Below are positions 1 to 10,942 of a DNA stretch of 64,000 nucleotides, piece after piece. Each line of letters opens with the position of its first letter. The stretch's first letter is position 1. The translations under genes and the position numbers were made by a program. The DNA comes from Diplonema japonicum (Eukaryota > Protista > Euglenozoa: Diplonemea), in assembly GCA_964019335.1 (NCBI GenBank), contig OZ025671.1:620001-684000 (forward strand), written 5' to 3'. The notes beneath the pieces were generated by a model that was given only the letters and a program-made list of their open reading frames with translations, did no database searches and was not told the origin of the DNA.

Positions 1-3000
1 CACCCAGCAGGGCCCATTACGAACACGCTATGGCGCACATCAAGAAGCTCTGCGTATTGCACACACCGCAGGATGAAGATGTCGTTTTCGCCTCGGAGCA
101 GTTTTCTCTCACTGCAGGCTTGTCTGCAAGAGTCGTTCAACTTTGGGTTCACCTTCGGGGGCACATCTAAATTAGGGAACAAAGCCTTGATGAGCCCCAT
201 GAACACGAACACGTCGTCGCGTGACAGCTTCGCCATGTTCGTGTCACGCAGTGCCCTCATGAGCACTGCCCGTTCAGGCACCGTGGTGTCATCTCGCTTC
301 AAAGACCCTGCAATGTACAGCACTGACTTTACAGCCCTAAGCCCCCAGTCATAGTGCGCTTGTGGCGACAGCAGCTCTTTGTTAAGCTTGTATAGTGTTA
401 CAAATTTCAAGGCCAAATCCTTGGCGTCCTGGAACCCTTCAGCTGCAAGCATAATCTCGCAGATATTCTTTAAATCCGGCACGCACATGGCACACGGTCT
501 AAAAAGACTCTTGATGTTCTCAGGAAGCTCGGTTCTGCCTGCGTAACCTGGGTTCATGGTGATCCACATGCCCACTTTAGGGATGAGAGAGATCTCTTCG
601 TCCATAAACTTGAAAGTATGCTTGTTGAGTTTTAAGGCGTTCAGAATGCTGCCCACCTGAGTAGCAACCACGGAGAGCACCTGGATGGGGATTCGGTTGA
701 ATTCATCGAAACACCCCCACGACCCGCTCATCGACAGGCCCTTGAAAATCTGCCCCAAACTCAGGTAGTCCATCTGATCCGAGCAGTTAAACACGTAGCA
801 CGCTATTCCCAGGTTACGCGCCAGGTCCTTTGTTGTTTCCGTTTTGCCGGTACCAGCAGGTCCTGCAGGGGCACCGCCCTTAACGAGCCGCAGTGCTTGC
901 GTTAGTGTGATGTAGCATCTGTCGGTGAGTTTCGTGATAACTAAGCACCCGCAGATCCCGATATACTCGTAGCCGTTGATGAAGGAAGCGTCACAGATAT
1001 CAATAACAGAGCCCCTTTTTTCATCCCAGCTGTACCGCAGTTGCGACTGCCATGTGAAGTTGTCTCTGTTCTCTGCTTTCTCATCGATGATCCAGCTCAC
1101 TACGTCACGAGCATGGACGTCGATAGTGATTAAGTGCACCAGCATGCCTCTCTCGTTCTTCGTCAGCTCTGAGAGGACCAGCTGGATCAAACCACCAATC
1201 TGCGTTTGCTGCTGCTTGAAGAAGTCCTTCAGCGAAGTCTCATTCCCGTCCTCCAGCTGAGCGAAGGCTTGCTCGCACTCCTGGGTGAACCATATCCTGC
1301 TAGCTACGATGATGGTCTGACACGGATAGCCCCTCTTCATGACCCACTCTACACGGGGCGACTCCACGTACGTGGTGTGCCCCTCCATGATGGACGCTTT
1401 GATTGTCTTAAACATGAGATCCACGCACCCCATGAGCCAGTCCTCTACGGGGCCTTCGCAGTCGAAAGCCTCACATGTCTCAACTGTCTCGCCTTGGATG
1501 GAGACTATCTCTATCGCTTTCTTTGAGTCCGGCTGGATGGTGAAGGACTTTGCGGAGTCGATCATCTTTGACATGTGCTTCATGACGGCCACGGGATCAG
1601 AGCCCTTCGATAGGATATCGATGAGGTCTGTGTCGCTTAAGAAGAAGAACCGCGCGAACAGCTTCTTCTTCCCTTCCAGGTACTCTCGCAGTTTTTTCTG
1701 GCAGTTTGTGAGCGTCTCGTCAATGGTAGTGAGCAGCGTTTCGAAGTCGTCGTCTCGCTCCAGCTGCCTCTGCATGATATCCGTGCAGCAGACCTCTATA
1801 ACAGAGGAATAGTTGTGCGCCTTTGACATCAGCGACCTGTACAGCTCGTCGGCTCCCTGGAAAGCCCTCGCGTCCTCCTGCAGCTGCTCCCTGATGTCGA
1901 CGGACTCGATGAAGATGGGGTACAGGTTCTTCCACATCTTTTGCAAATCAATCCACTTTGACATGCACGTCTCGACTGTGCCTAGATTACGCTGCCATTT
2001 CGTTACCTGCTCTGCGAACTCCTCCACGAACCTATTGGACTGCATGGCTTGCAAGGCATTCAGGTGTTCTTCCAGAACTTCGACAATGTCATCGATGGAT
2101 CCCAGCAGGTAGCAGTTCAGGCCTTCGTCGTAGTGGTAGTCAAACTTTGCCTCACTGCCCCAATACGTGACGACACGCTCTAGACCCTTCTCGATCTGTA
2201 GCTCCTTCTGTGCCTTCTCGACGATATTAGACACGTCGTCTTCAAACCTGTGCAGCTGCAGGCTGAGCAGGTCCTGCAGCGAGAAGTCTTCGCTCTCAGG
2301 GTCCACGCTGTTCGTGTCGACATTGCAACGTTTCAGAAGCTGTGTCCAGTGCCTTTCGCGCATGGCGGGGTTTCGCAGGTTCTCCACCAACGGAAGGGTG
2401 ACGAGCATAGAGCGTATTTCCTCATCCAATCCGAGGAAGGCACTCGTCGACTTACACTTTAGTGGCATCGCCTTCATCTGCTTCAGCATGTCCTTCGTCC
2501 TCGTGATGAGCTCCTCTGCGTCCATCATCTTGAAGGTCTGCGCCCACCAATCTGTGAACTGGGACTTAACGTGGCTCACCATGTCCCACAGCTGCTTGAG
2601 GAGGACCAGTTCCTGCCGACATTCCTTCAGTTCTGGGAGGTCTGTTGTTTGTTTTTCGAACAGCTCGAGCAGTTCGTTCAATTCCTTTGCCTTGTCTTCC
2701 CTCTCACGCAAGTGTTCGTTCCACGTCACCAGCTCGTGATATGCTTCTTCGACTGTGATTCCGCTGTAGTGAAAGGGTTTCAGATTCTTGAAGTTTGCCC
2801 TGAACTGTGCGACTTCCTCCTCCATGCTGACGGCTCTGTACTTCAGCTTGTCGCCTTGCCGTTCTTGCCTTGTGTTGTTTTCTTTTCTCACGGCCCTGTA
2901 CTTCTTGTCCAATTCTTTCCACTGGTCAGGTGCTTCTTTCTTCAAATCTTCCAAAGATTGCAAGAGTCGGTCATCAACAGCATCCCCGTGCTGCCGTAGG

Positions 3001-6000
3001 ATTTGGATCCCGTTGTTAATGGGTTCAAACATGGCCTTTGTGGAGCCGTCCCGCACTTTGCAGTCGCGTATGAACTTCAGCACCCTCCGTAGAGCCGACT
3101 CGTCATCCTCGACAACTTCCTCGTCGAGTCCTTCGTCTGCCTGCTTGATGAAGTCGTTCAGCTCGCGCAAGGAATTACCTATCCTGTCAACGATAAAGCC
3201 TGTGTAGAGGGCTATCCATTTCCTGCAGTACTCTTTCAGCGACTCTCTGATGGGTTTAGAGTCTACACGAACCCAGCCCAGCACAGTGCTTGCAGGAAGA
3301 TCACTCACCGTTTGCAAGATCTTCTCGTAATGCGCTATCTTCTGGTCGAACATCTCAAGCGGTACACCAAAGAAGTCAACATCGTGCTCCGACATTTCCT
3401 GTCCGCCACCGGCAGGACTCTCTGGCTGCGATCTTGTGATGAAGGCTTTAAAGGACTTTTCCATGTCGCTGTCCCACAAACTGTGGAAGGCTTTAAACTG
3501 CGCTTCGAATTTTTCACACGTGAATGTGTTATATGTCATGAGTTCGTTTATGTCCTTGTGCAGCGCGATCACCTCGTAGCTGTTGAACACATCGTCGACA
3601 TAACTATCAGCCTCCCCGTAGAACGCGTCGAGTCGTGTGACGTACTGAGCCGTCTCGATGTAATCCCGCACCCAATCGTTCACAACGTCCACAAGGGAGT
3701 CCATGCCTTGAGCGGTGCTCAGAGGGGGTACAAACTGCGCTTCGGCATAACGCGACAACGAATCAGGCGACATCAGCACCAGCTTGATGTCGATTAGCGG
3801 GATTCCTTCATTCTCCTTCAACCAATCGGTGCTGAGTTGCCTCTTAAGATTTTGCAAGCTATGCACAACCGACGCGGTAATGGCCTCGGCAACAATGGAG
3901 TTGGCGTGCGCGACGTAGTTGGACCAGCACTCTGTTTCTGCGGTCAATAATGTCAAGCCTTGCTGTGTCTTCAACCCGTTGATGCACTCCAGCGAGCCTG
4001 CCATGTACTCATGTATCTCAGTGCCAATTGTTGTCAGTGCTTGTTGCCTGAGATGTTTGTTGTCTTGGTACCTTTTAAGGAACTCTTCGAGCAACAGAGT
4101 CTTCGACTCTCGCGCATGGACAGGGAGGAACTTGTCCTCAGTTGTGTAGTCAGCCAGCAAGTTAGTGATGTTCTTGAGGTTCAGCGCTATGTTGTTGAGG
4201 ACGTCGTTCAAGGCAGTGACGTTGGACATGGTCGACTCGATGAACTCGTCGATGTCGGGCGAGTTCCAGTTCAGCCTGTTCACACCGCGCATGAGCTCGT
4301 CTTCAAACTGCTGCAGTTCGTTCACCAATAGCGGCTTTTCCACATCCAGCATGTGCTCCGTGAAGTTGTTGTAAGTGGTAACTATTGACTCCAGCTTCAA
4401 CCGCTGCATTCTGAACTGGTCTTTCCTCTTGTACAGTACAAGTGCATGTGGCGGAATGATGAACTTCTCGTCCTGTCCCTCATAGCTGTTCAAAATCTGC
4501 AAGTAGTTGATGTCCCGCAGAACCCTCTCAAGCTCGTTGTCAAAGTTCACAGAAATCTTCTTTTTCTCTTCCAACGTCAGGATATTGAGCTTTAGCTTCT
4601 CCATGGACACCTTTCCGACACGCCCTGACCATTTCTCGTAGCAGTCGATAATGAACGTCCGGATAGCCGTGCCCAGATTATCGTAAAGTTGCATGGTCTC
4701 CGCAGTGATCTCGGTTTGGTTGACGTTCTTCGCCATCTCGCACAGTCTGGGGTAGGGGTCGGTGATCCTTTCCAGCAATCCCCTTGCCCACACCAGCTGT
4801 GCCACGGTCGGTGGCATGGCGTAGTACACTGGCTGCGAGTCTTTATTGGCTCTGAAACACTCTTGTGCCTCCAGAAGGTCTTGATGGTAGGATTTCAAGA
4901 CCACTGCTTGCTTTTTGTGCCACTCTTGCTGGATGATGTTCCTCTCGATAAAACCTTCGTAGGTGTCAACAAGTTTGAACACGCCGCTAAGCGATTTCGT
5001 GTCATCTAGTGACAAGGACAGCATCGCCGCTAGGTGCATCTCCATCTGTCGGACACTGTCTCTGAAGATGGCGAAGGAGCCGTCGAAGCGGTGTTCGTCA
5101 ACATCCAAGATGCCTGATGGGGGGTACTGCGCAGGCGTGTGGAAGTCTTGGTAGACTGCCAAGAACTGCTGGTGGATAGAGGCGATATGCGCGCTCTGTT
5201 CTGACCCGTGAGTGCCTCCAATCTCAATTTTCTCCAACCTGTTGAACAGCATCACTGTTTCCAGCACATCCAGCACATCGTGACATCTTTCGAGGAAGGC
5301 ATCCAGCCTTGAGAACAGTGTTGTATTCTGGAACTTCCAAGGTTTCGGTGGCTTCCCTGACCCACAACTGTCTCTGGCCGCTTTTGTTTTATAGCTGAAG
5401 TATGACGCCTTGAACTGCCCGCACACTAGCAATATGGTGGACAGGCGCTTCACAGCTTCTTCACATTCACATGTGAAGAGGTCACTGATGCAGGCATTTT
5501 CCTTCGCCGTCGTGATGAGATCGTTGCACACCTCGCGGATCATAACCACCAAACGGACGGGGGTGTTGTAGTGCTCGGAGTGTGTCCACACGATGAACAG
5601 ATAGTGGAATAGCTTTGTGAACGTGTTCTCCATCACAAGCTTCGTGAAGGATTCCTCATCAGTAGCCTGGTTGATGGTGCAGAACACCTCCCGCAGCGGT
5701 TCCAAGAACCTAAAATTGTTCGCCGCCTCTGCCGTTGCAACGTGCAGCTCTTGCAGCAGCTCTTTGTACGACTTGTAGTACGAAGACTGTGCTTCTTCTA
5801 GGATAAGGCGGATCTTGATGGCGCATGTTGTATACAACTGTGCTTCGAGGCTCAGCAAGTTATCACGTTTAGAGTGCCAAAAAGCCAGCTCATCGAGAGG
5901 ACCAGGTACGCCGCTCATCAATGTCATTCCCTCAGGCTCGGTCACCATCGCTACCCTGATCTGCCCCGTCCACTTTACAATGACAGACTCCAGTAGGTAA

Positions 6001-6605
6001 AGGAGGTCTTTGTCCCTGATGGTGGACTCCAATTTGGCCGGGAACTTGATGGGAGGAAAAGGAAGAATAGTTCGCCCTTCCGCGAGGCCGTTGGTAACTA
6101 GAATGTTTGAAAAATAGGTGTGTGCCGACTCCATCAGCGCAGGCTTCGCAACGCTGCCCACTTCAGAGATGTTCTCGTGAAAGTTGATGTTCGGGAGGAA
6201 GACGTGTGTAGTGTAGTGGTTAAGCGTCTCCAAAGGCTGAGTGCTCATGTCGCCAAATACGACCTGTTTGTGCATCAAGCTAAGGTCAAGCTTTGGAATC
6301 CGTCCACCTTCCTGGACTTTCATGAAGTACATGATCTTTTTCTTCTGTTTTGTAACTGCCTCGCATGGGTGCTCTGTTTGCAGAACAACCTGAGAACCCT
6401 TTTGGATTGCATACAGTACCGCATGATCTGTGGTGTCGCAGAAGTCCTTCGCAGCAACTGCATTATCACTTTCAGGCTCCAATACTTTTTTCAACTCTGG
6501 GTGCTTAAGCTTCAACACAGGGCCGATCCTCTTGAGTAGCCACTGGTGGCGCGGGTCGATCGATTGCTCATCGTCCTTGCCTTCCGCGCCTCTGCCCTTG
6601 CCCAT
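1..6605 (-). CDS. Axonemal dynein heavy chain (outer-arm type), N-terminal ~2200 aa; runs off the left edge of the window
   Basis: Not in the ORF track because it has no stop inside the window. Manual translation from ATG at 6605 gives MGKGRGAEGKDDEQSIDPRHQWLL. The AAA1 P-loop GGAPAGPAGTGKTETTKDL (~825-880) is in the same frame about 1915 codons later. CYITLTQAL, FNCSDQMDY, WGCFDEFNRI and ITMNPGYAGRTELPE motifs are present. Confidence 0.95.
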   Translation of the reverse strand, partial: MGKGRGAEGKDDEQSIDPRHQWLLKRIGPVLKLKHPELKKVLEPESDNAVAAKDFCDTTDHAVLYAIQKGSQVVLQTEHPCEAVTKQKKKIMYFMKVQEGGRIPKLDLSLMHKQVVFGDMSTQPLETLNHYTTHVFLPNINFHENISEVGSVAKPALMESAHTYFSNILVTNGLAEGRTILPFPPIKFPAKLESTIRDKDLLYLLESVIVKWTGQIRVAMVTEPEGMTLMSGVPGPLDELAFWHSKRDNLLSLEAQLYTTCAIKIRLILEEAQSSYYKSYKELLQELHVATAEAANNFRFLEPLREVFCTINQATDEESFTKLVMENTFTKLFHYLFIVWTHSEHYNTPVRLVVMIREVCNDLITTAKENACISDLFTCECEEAVKRLSTILLVCGQFKASYFSYKTKAARDSCGSGKPPKPWKFQNTTLFSRLDAFLERCHDVLDVLETVMLFNRLEKIEIGGTHGSEQSAHIASIHQQFLAVYQDFHTPAQYPPSGILDVDEHRFDGSFAIFRDSVRQMEMHLAAMLSLSLDDTKSLSGVFKLVDTYEGFIERNIIQQEWHKKQAVVLKSYHQDLLEAQECFRANKDSQPVYYAMPPTVAQLVWARGLLERITDPYPRLCEMAKNVNQTEITAETMQLYDNLGTAIRTFIIDCYEKWSGRVGKVSMEKLKLNILTLEEKKKISVNFDNELERVLRDINYLQILNSYEGQDEKFIIPPHALVLYKRKDQFRMQRLKLESIVTTYNNFTEHMLDVEKPLLVNELQQFEDELMRGVNRLNWNSPDIDEFIESTMSNVTALNDVLNNIALNLKNITNLLADYTTEDKFLPVHARESKTLLLEEFLKRYQDNKHLRQQALTTIGTEIHEYMAGSLECINGLKTQQGLTLLTAETECWSNYVAHANSIVAEAITASVVHSLQNLKRQLSTDWLKENEGIPLIDIKLVLMSPDSLSRYAEAQFVPPLSTAQGMDSLVDVVNDWVRDYIETAQYVTRLDAFYGEADSYVDDVFNSYEVIALHKDINELMTYNTFTCEKFEAQFKAFHSLWDSDMEKSFKAFITRSQPESPAGGGQEMSEHDVDFFGVPLEMFDQKIAHYEKILQTVSDLPASTVLGWVRVDSKPIRESLKEYCRKWIALYTGFIVDRIGNSLRELNDFIKQADEGLDEEVVEDDESALRRVLKFIRDCKVRDGSTKAMFEPINNGIQILRQHGDAVDDRLLQSLEDLKKEAPDQWKELDKKYRAVRKENNTRQERQGDKLKYRAVSMEEEVAQFRANFKNLKPFHYSGITVEEAYHELVTWNEHLREREDKAKELNELLELFEKQTTDLPELKECRQELVLLKQLWDMVSHVKSQFTDWWAQTFKMMDAEELITRTKDMLKQMKAMPLKCKSTSAFLGLDEEIRSMLVTLPLVENLRNPAMRERHWTQLLKRCNVDTNSVDPESEDFSLQDLLSLQLHRFEDDVSNIVEKAQKELQIEKGLERVVTYWGSEAKFDYHYDEGLNCYLLGSIDDIVEVLEEHLNALQAMQSNRFVEEFAEQVTKWQRNLGTVETCMSKWIDLQKMWKNLYPIFIESVDIREQLQEDARAFQGADELYRSLMSKAHNYSSVIEVCCTDIMQRQLERDDDFETLLTTIDETLTNCQKKLREYLEGKKKLFARFFFLSDTDLIDILSKGSDPVAVMKHMSKMIDSAKSFTIQPDSKKAIEIVSIQGETVETCEAFDCEGPVEDWLMGCVDLMFKTIKASIMEGHTTYVESPRVEWVMKRGYPCQTIIVASRIWFTQECEQAFAQLEDGNETSLKDFFKQQQTQIGGLIQLVLSELTKNERGMLVHLITIDVHARDVVSWIIDEKAENRDNFTWQSQLRYSWDEKRGSVIDICDASFINGYEYIGICGCLVITKLTDRCYITLTQALRLVKGGAPAGPAGTGKTETTKDLARNLGIACYVFNCSDQMDYLSLGQIFKGLSMSGSWGCFDEFNRIPIQVLSVVATQVGSILNALKLNKHTFKFMDEEISLIPKVGMWITMNPGYAGRTELPENIKSLFRPCAMCVPDLKNICEIMLAAEGFQDAKDLALKFVTLYKLNKELLSPQAHYDWGLRAVKSVLYIAGSLKRDDTTVPERAVLMRALRDTNMAKLSRDDVFVFMGLIKALFPNLDVPPKVNPKLNDSCRQACSERKLLRGENDIFILRCVQYAELLDVRHSVFVMGPAG

Positions 6606-7061
6606 TACTCATGTATGCTGTGTGGCGGTTAAGAAGTTGGCAGAGAAAAACAATTCAAAAAACTCCATATTCAAAAAAAAGTTGATCAAACCAGTATGGC
6701 TCATACATGTTCGCCTTTTTTCATTCAAAAAGTACTATCCAGAGAGGCCGTTGCTCTACTTTGCCAGGGTTTTGAAAGTTTAATGTGCTATTTTACAAAC
6801 TGCAACAAAAGAAGTTAACGGAACATGCGAATCGTTCAACATCACCGACGCAGTGTTTGCATTAGCTTTGATTGCGGGTCAGGCCATTCAAAAGAAAATC
6901 AATAACCTAAAGGGCGGGAGCCTACTTTTGGTACCCCTTCCCATTTTTACTAGTCGACAACACTAGATTAGATTAGACTACATTTCCTTTTTTTTCAATT
7001 CCAAGAGATTAGGTGTGCAAGAACAAACAAAAAAAACCACACAAAAAAAAAATTGATAATT

Positions 7062-7350
7062 TATATACGAGTTAAAGGAAGCCAGTGTGGGTGGTGCCCT
7101 GCACAAGCATTGTCTACTTGATTACAGGGGGCGCACCTCGGCCGAGCTGTTGCTTTTCTGCATTCCGCGTCGTCCTCAATGCTATGTACAGCTCAACCCC
7201 AGCCAGGGCGCCCCGGGTAACCAAGATTCTGCGCTCGTGCAGTTTGTTGTTGTTGCCTGTTCGCTACCCTGAGCATCTGCAATGCGCTACCGGTGATGAC
7301 CGACGAGGAGGTCAACAGCGAACAACACATCTGATGTACTTATATTTCCA
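7062..7350. repeat. Dispersed ~290-bp repeat (CpG-intact copy) with several degenerate copies at 50.9-53.4 kb
   Basis: Shared blocks such as GAGTTAAAGGA.GCCAGTGT, TGTCTACTTGATTACAGGGGG, CAGCTCAACCCCAGCC, ACCCTGAGCATCTGCA and GTGATGAC...ACAACACATCTGATGTACTT recur near 50930, 51500, 51640, 52240, 52560-52830 and 52900. Confidence 0.85.
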
Positions 7351-7658
7351 CCCGGGAAAAAGAAAAAAAAAATAAAAACGTCTGCCCCTTAAAATAACAT
7401 GAAGACCTGAGCACATGGCGTATTTGACTTTGCTCTGAAGACTCGAGATTCGATCACAACAAAATATGGAAGTGTAAATGTTTAGAGTAAGGAAGAACGG
7501 AAAGCTATTTTTGTTCACTGACTTTGCTCGTGCTATCTACAGACTGCACCCTAGAAAGGGGGACTGACCAGTGCAACTGTCCTGCAGGGGAAGGGTAGTA
7601 CAAGGTGAAGAAGGGGAAGACTGGAGTTCTAATGTGTGCAAAAGTAAACAGCTGAAGC

Positions 7659-9698
7659 TCACATCTTGTCGTGTATCCCCGAGCCCTTGTTAGCGCCGCT
7701 GATCCATGACTCTCTGTTCTCATGACAATGCTGCACTGCGAACTCGAAGTCAGGGAGCAGTTCTGCAATCGACTCGAACAAAGGGATGACAATGAAGTTG
7801 ATGAACGAGATCTGCCCCTTCGAAAAGTCTGTCGAGTCCTTCCGGCGGTCCATGAAGGGCGAGACAGGGAGCTTCACCATCTGCTCCACGTCGCCCTGCA
7901 CGTAGAACTCATCAGCAATATTGCGCGCCCATTTCAAGTATAAGAAGGCTGGCCTCCCACAGTTGGAAATATCAGCAGTCTTGATCGCCATCATCATTGC
8001 GAGCCTCGCGTCCTCCCTCTTCGACACCCAGTCATCGCTCTCGTTGAGCCGCCTTCTGAACGAGCTGAACAGTTTCGCGTGGTTCCCCATGTCAGTTGAC
8101 AGCACAAGCTCGATGATGGTCTCCCTCACCTCCCTTTTCTGATCTTCGCTCAACGTTCCAAGGATGTCCAGCTTCGGGTTGAACATCATCTCGAACACAC
8201 AGGCACAGTGGTGGTTCTCAAGGATGCTCTTGTCGCTGTACAGCGTAGCTAAATACGCAGTTGTTCTTGTGTGGAAGTTGTTATTGAAGCCAGGGTGGTC
8301 GTAGTCATGAATGGCGGCCGCCAGCAACACAGCAAGCTTGTCTTCCATAGATAGCTGCGCAAGCTTAGCGAGGCCTGCAGGGCTCAGTAAGAAGTGCGTG
8401 ATGTGCAATACATCTGCTGCGTGCACTGAGTTGTGGTACGAGTTCGGTCTGTAGCCTGACTGCACCGCAATCAGAAACCGTATCAAGACGTCCTTCGGGA
8501 TCGCAAAGTGGTCCATCAAGCCGTACTTGTGGAACAGCGCATAGGCAGTATGGAACAGGGAGGACCCCTTTGTAGCAGTGTCCAAGGCAAACACGCTGAA
8601 GTCCCACTTGTCTATTTTCTGCAGAACTTCCATCAACTCATTAAGGTCGACCCCGTCCCTGTTATTGGGCTCATTTGGAATACTCACACTCTCTGCATCT
8701 CTGTCGTACTTTGCTTCTATCAAGCTCAGTGCCATTGGGTCTGGTTGTATCTCGCAGGGCTCATGCGATATGGCGTGTGCAATGTGTCCCGTGAAGGTGC
8801 GTGCGCCACCTATGGTGTACAGCTGGTCTAAGTGATTTGAGGTGTCAGATTGCATTCTTTGTAGCTTTCTCATTGCCCTGTCCAGCCTGATCTTCAAATC
8901 ATTGCTTTCCTGCTGCTCTTTCGAGAGCCTCTCTTCAAGCTCTTTCGACTGGCGCAAGTTTTGCTCCAACTGTTCCCTGTTATGGAACAATGTCCCTTCT
9001 ACCTTCCAATACTTCGCCTCCACACCATCAGGTTTCTTTGGTCCATCGTGTACTTGTTTTGCGAAAAACCTTGTAAAAGGTTCCATGAAGTACTGATGCG
9101 TGATGCTGAACCCGTTGCCTATCCTGTTCAGTTCTAAGTTGAACTGCTGGTGTTTGGGCTCCTTCGTGTTCGTGAGCGGTGTCTCAAGTTGGATTTTGGC
9201 ACCGAATCTTTTTACTTTCGGATGGCCGCGAGCAAAAGCGTTGTTAAGAGCTCTAAAGAAAGACATCCAGGAGTGTTTTAGAGCATTCTCTGCCTTGTAG
9301 GTATGCAACTCAGAGTCTGAGAAGGCTATTGCATGCACTGTACCTTCGGGCTCCCTCACGGCAATGGTGAGGCCTTTCAAATCTGTGATGTGTGAGAAAG
9401 CCGAAATATAGTATGTCCCTGGCAGCGCGTTGCCATCACCGTCCTTGGCGTCCTTCGCCTCGCTGACCAAGGGAACGGGAAAGTACTTCGCCTTCCCTGG
9501 CATTTCCCCGTCTTCACTCGTTCTCCTGTTCTTCTTGCTGTGCGTTTTGCTTTCCTCCTCATCTCCCTTTGTAGGGTTATCTTTCTTCCTCTTCTCCTTG
9601 CGGGTCCTATTGTGTTCACTGACCGAAGGCTCTGTTGGCACCACCGCCTGCCCAAACTCAACCTCTTCTTGGCTGGTTTTGGAGGCACCGCATCCCAT
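7659..9698 (-). CDS. Class I cyclic-nucleotide phosphodiesterase with N-terminal acylation signal and coiled coil
   Basis: 679-aa ORF with YHNSVHAADV, IHDYDHPG..N, LENHH, STDM..H, KTADISN, EFYVQGD.E and QISFINFIV PDEase motifs. MGCGASK fits an N-myristoylation/palmitoylation consensus. Confidence 0.93.
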   Translation of the reverse strand: MGCGASKTSQEEVEFGQAVVPTEPSVSEHNRTRKEKRKKDNPTKGDEEESKTHSKKNRRTSEDGEMPGKAKYFPVPLVSEAKDAKDGDGNALPGTYYISAFSHITDLKGLTIAVREPEGTVHAIAFSDSELHTYKAENALKHSWMSFFRALNNAFARGHPKVKRFGAKIQLETPLTNTKEPKHQQFNLELNRIGNGFSITHQYFMEPFTRFFAKQVHDGPKKPDGVEAKYWKVEGTLFHNREQLEQNLRQSKELEERLSKEQQESNDLKIRLDRAMRKLQRMQSDTSNHLDQLYTIGGARTFTGHIAHAISHEPCEIQPDPMALSLIEAKYDRDAESVSIPNEPNNRDGVDLNELMEVLQKIDKWDFSVFALDTATKGSSLFHTAYALFHKYGLMDHFAIPKDVLIRFLIAVQSGYRPNSYHNSVHAADVLHITHFLLSPAGLAKLAQLSMEDKLAVLLAAAIHDYDHPGFNNNFHTRTTAYLATLYSDKSILENHHCACVFEMMFNPKLDILGTLSEDQKREVRETIIELVLSTDMGNHAKLFSSFRRRLNESDDWVSKREDARLAMMMAIKTADISNCGRPAFLYLKWARNIADEFYVQGDVEQMVKLPVSPFMDRRKDSTDFSKGQISFINFIVIPLFESIAELLPDFEFAVQHCHENRESWISGANKGSGIHDKM

Positions 9699-9892
9699 TG
9701 TTATGACCTGTAGAAATGAATGCCTCAGGGCAGGAAGAGTTTCCGCAAACTAGGCCGTACTGGTTTGGCCTCGCAAATGGAAACAAACAAAATTGGAACA
9801 AGGGATGTATGTCTTCACAGCCCCAGGCACAGAACGCACCCATGGGTTAACACACATGGCAAGCAATTGAGTGAAACTTGACTACAGTATTT

Positions 9893-10761
9893 TTACGCCT
9901 TGGGATCTTCGCTAACTATTGTTTCTTCAGTTTTCTTTTCCTCATCCTGGGGGAAGCTAGATGCACAGAATTCACCTCTCAAGATGGGTGAAAGCTGCAG
10001 TTGGGTTAACCTGCCTTCAATGTCCCCGTTCAAGTATTCCTCTAGCAAGGAGTTGGTGATGATCGCTTTGTCGGGAATCCTGGCGTCGCCCGAGAAGGCT
10101 GAGTCTTCATTGAAGTATAATGCATCCAACAAGTGGGAAACCTGCCCCATGGTGAGGGAGCCTTTCTCTTCTACATCGAAGCATGAGAAGATTTGCAAGT
10201 GGTAGAAAGACATCCGTCCCTGCGAATCCTCAATGACCTTCTTCCACATGTCCCAGAACCCCTCCCATTCCATGCACTCTGCGCGGCCATATCTCTTCAG
10301 CAGCAACTTTGAAGCACGTTGCTGTATCTCAGTCGGCGTACCTGTAATGCCCTCCAGCCCGAAGTACAGCTCCGGCATGTCCTCGACCATGCTACACACG
10401 TCTTTCGCATCTAAGTAGTTCTTGCTGTTGGTGTACTCAGTGAACTTCTGGAGTGCCTTATTCCGCTGTGGTGTGTAAGTGAAGTGGTAATGCAGCACAC
10501 CTCGTCACTGTCATTCGAGATCCCCACCGCCTCCTGTGCCAATGTTTGGCTTGTCTCCACCGCTGACGACCCAACAGAGCGTAAGCTTCCCCCTGCTTTT
10601 GCCACCTTCGAAATACCGCTCACCTGTCAATAGAATAAGTTGAACTCTTCCCACGATACCTTCCCAATGCCTCCCACAGTGGTTCCCACAACCCACAGTG
10701 CCGCACCGATCACACCGACAGGTGCTGCAGCGGTCGCCTTTGCTACTTTGTCGAGGACCAT
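9893..10761 (-). CDS. EF-hand-like hypothetical protein, 3 exons
   Basis: ATG at 10761 (MVLDKVAKAT...). GT-AG introns at 10624-10659 (36 nt, contains an in-frame stop) and 10466-10500 (35 nt) join the exons in frame to ORF 9893..10498. Degenerate EF loop FSCFDVEEKGSLTMGQV. Confidence 0.7.
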
Positions 10762-10942
10762 CTTACCTGTGATGAGACTGAAGGTCTTAGTAAGTGACAA
10801 TGACTATATCTTGCTACTAGGGTGCTATATAAATAGCAACTATTCAAATGAACTAAACTGTCGAACTGTCACGCACTGTACTTTTGTGTCACCTCGCCTG
10901 CCGACCTTTGCGACGGGCTGTCTTCATATTGTTTATAATTTT

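Noticed and set aside
73-6783. Many short plus-strand ORFs over the first 6.8 kb
   Set aside because: They are antisense shadows of the dynein heavy chain, which the track omitted because it has no stop in the window. The same applies to plus-strand ORFs throughout 7.6-49.5 kb.
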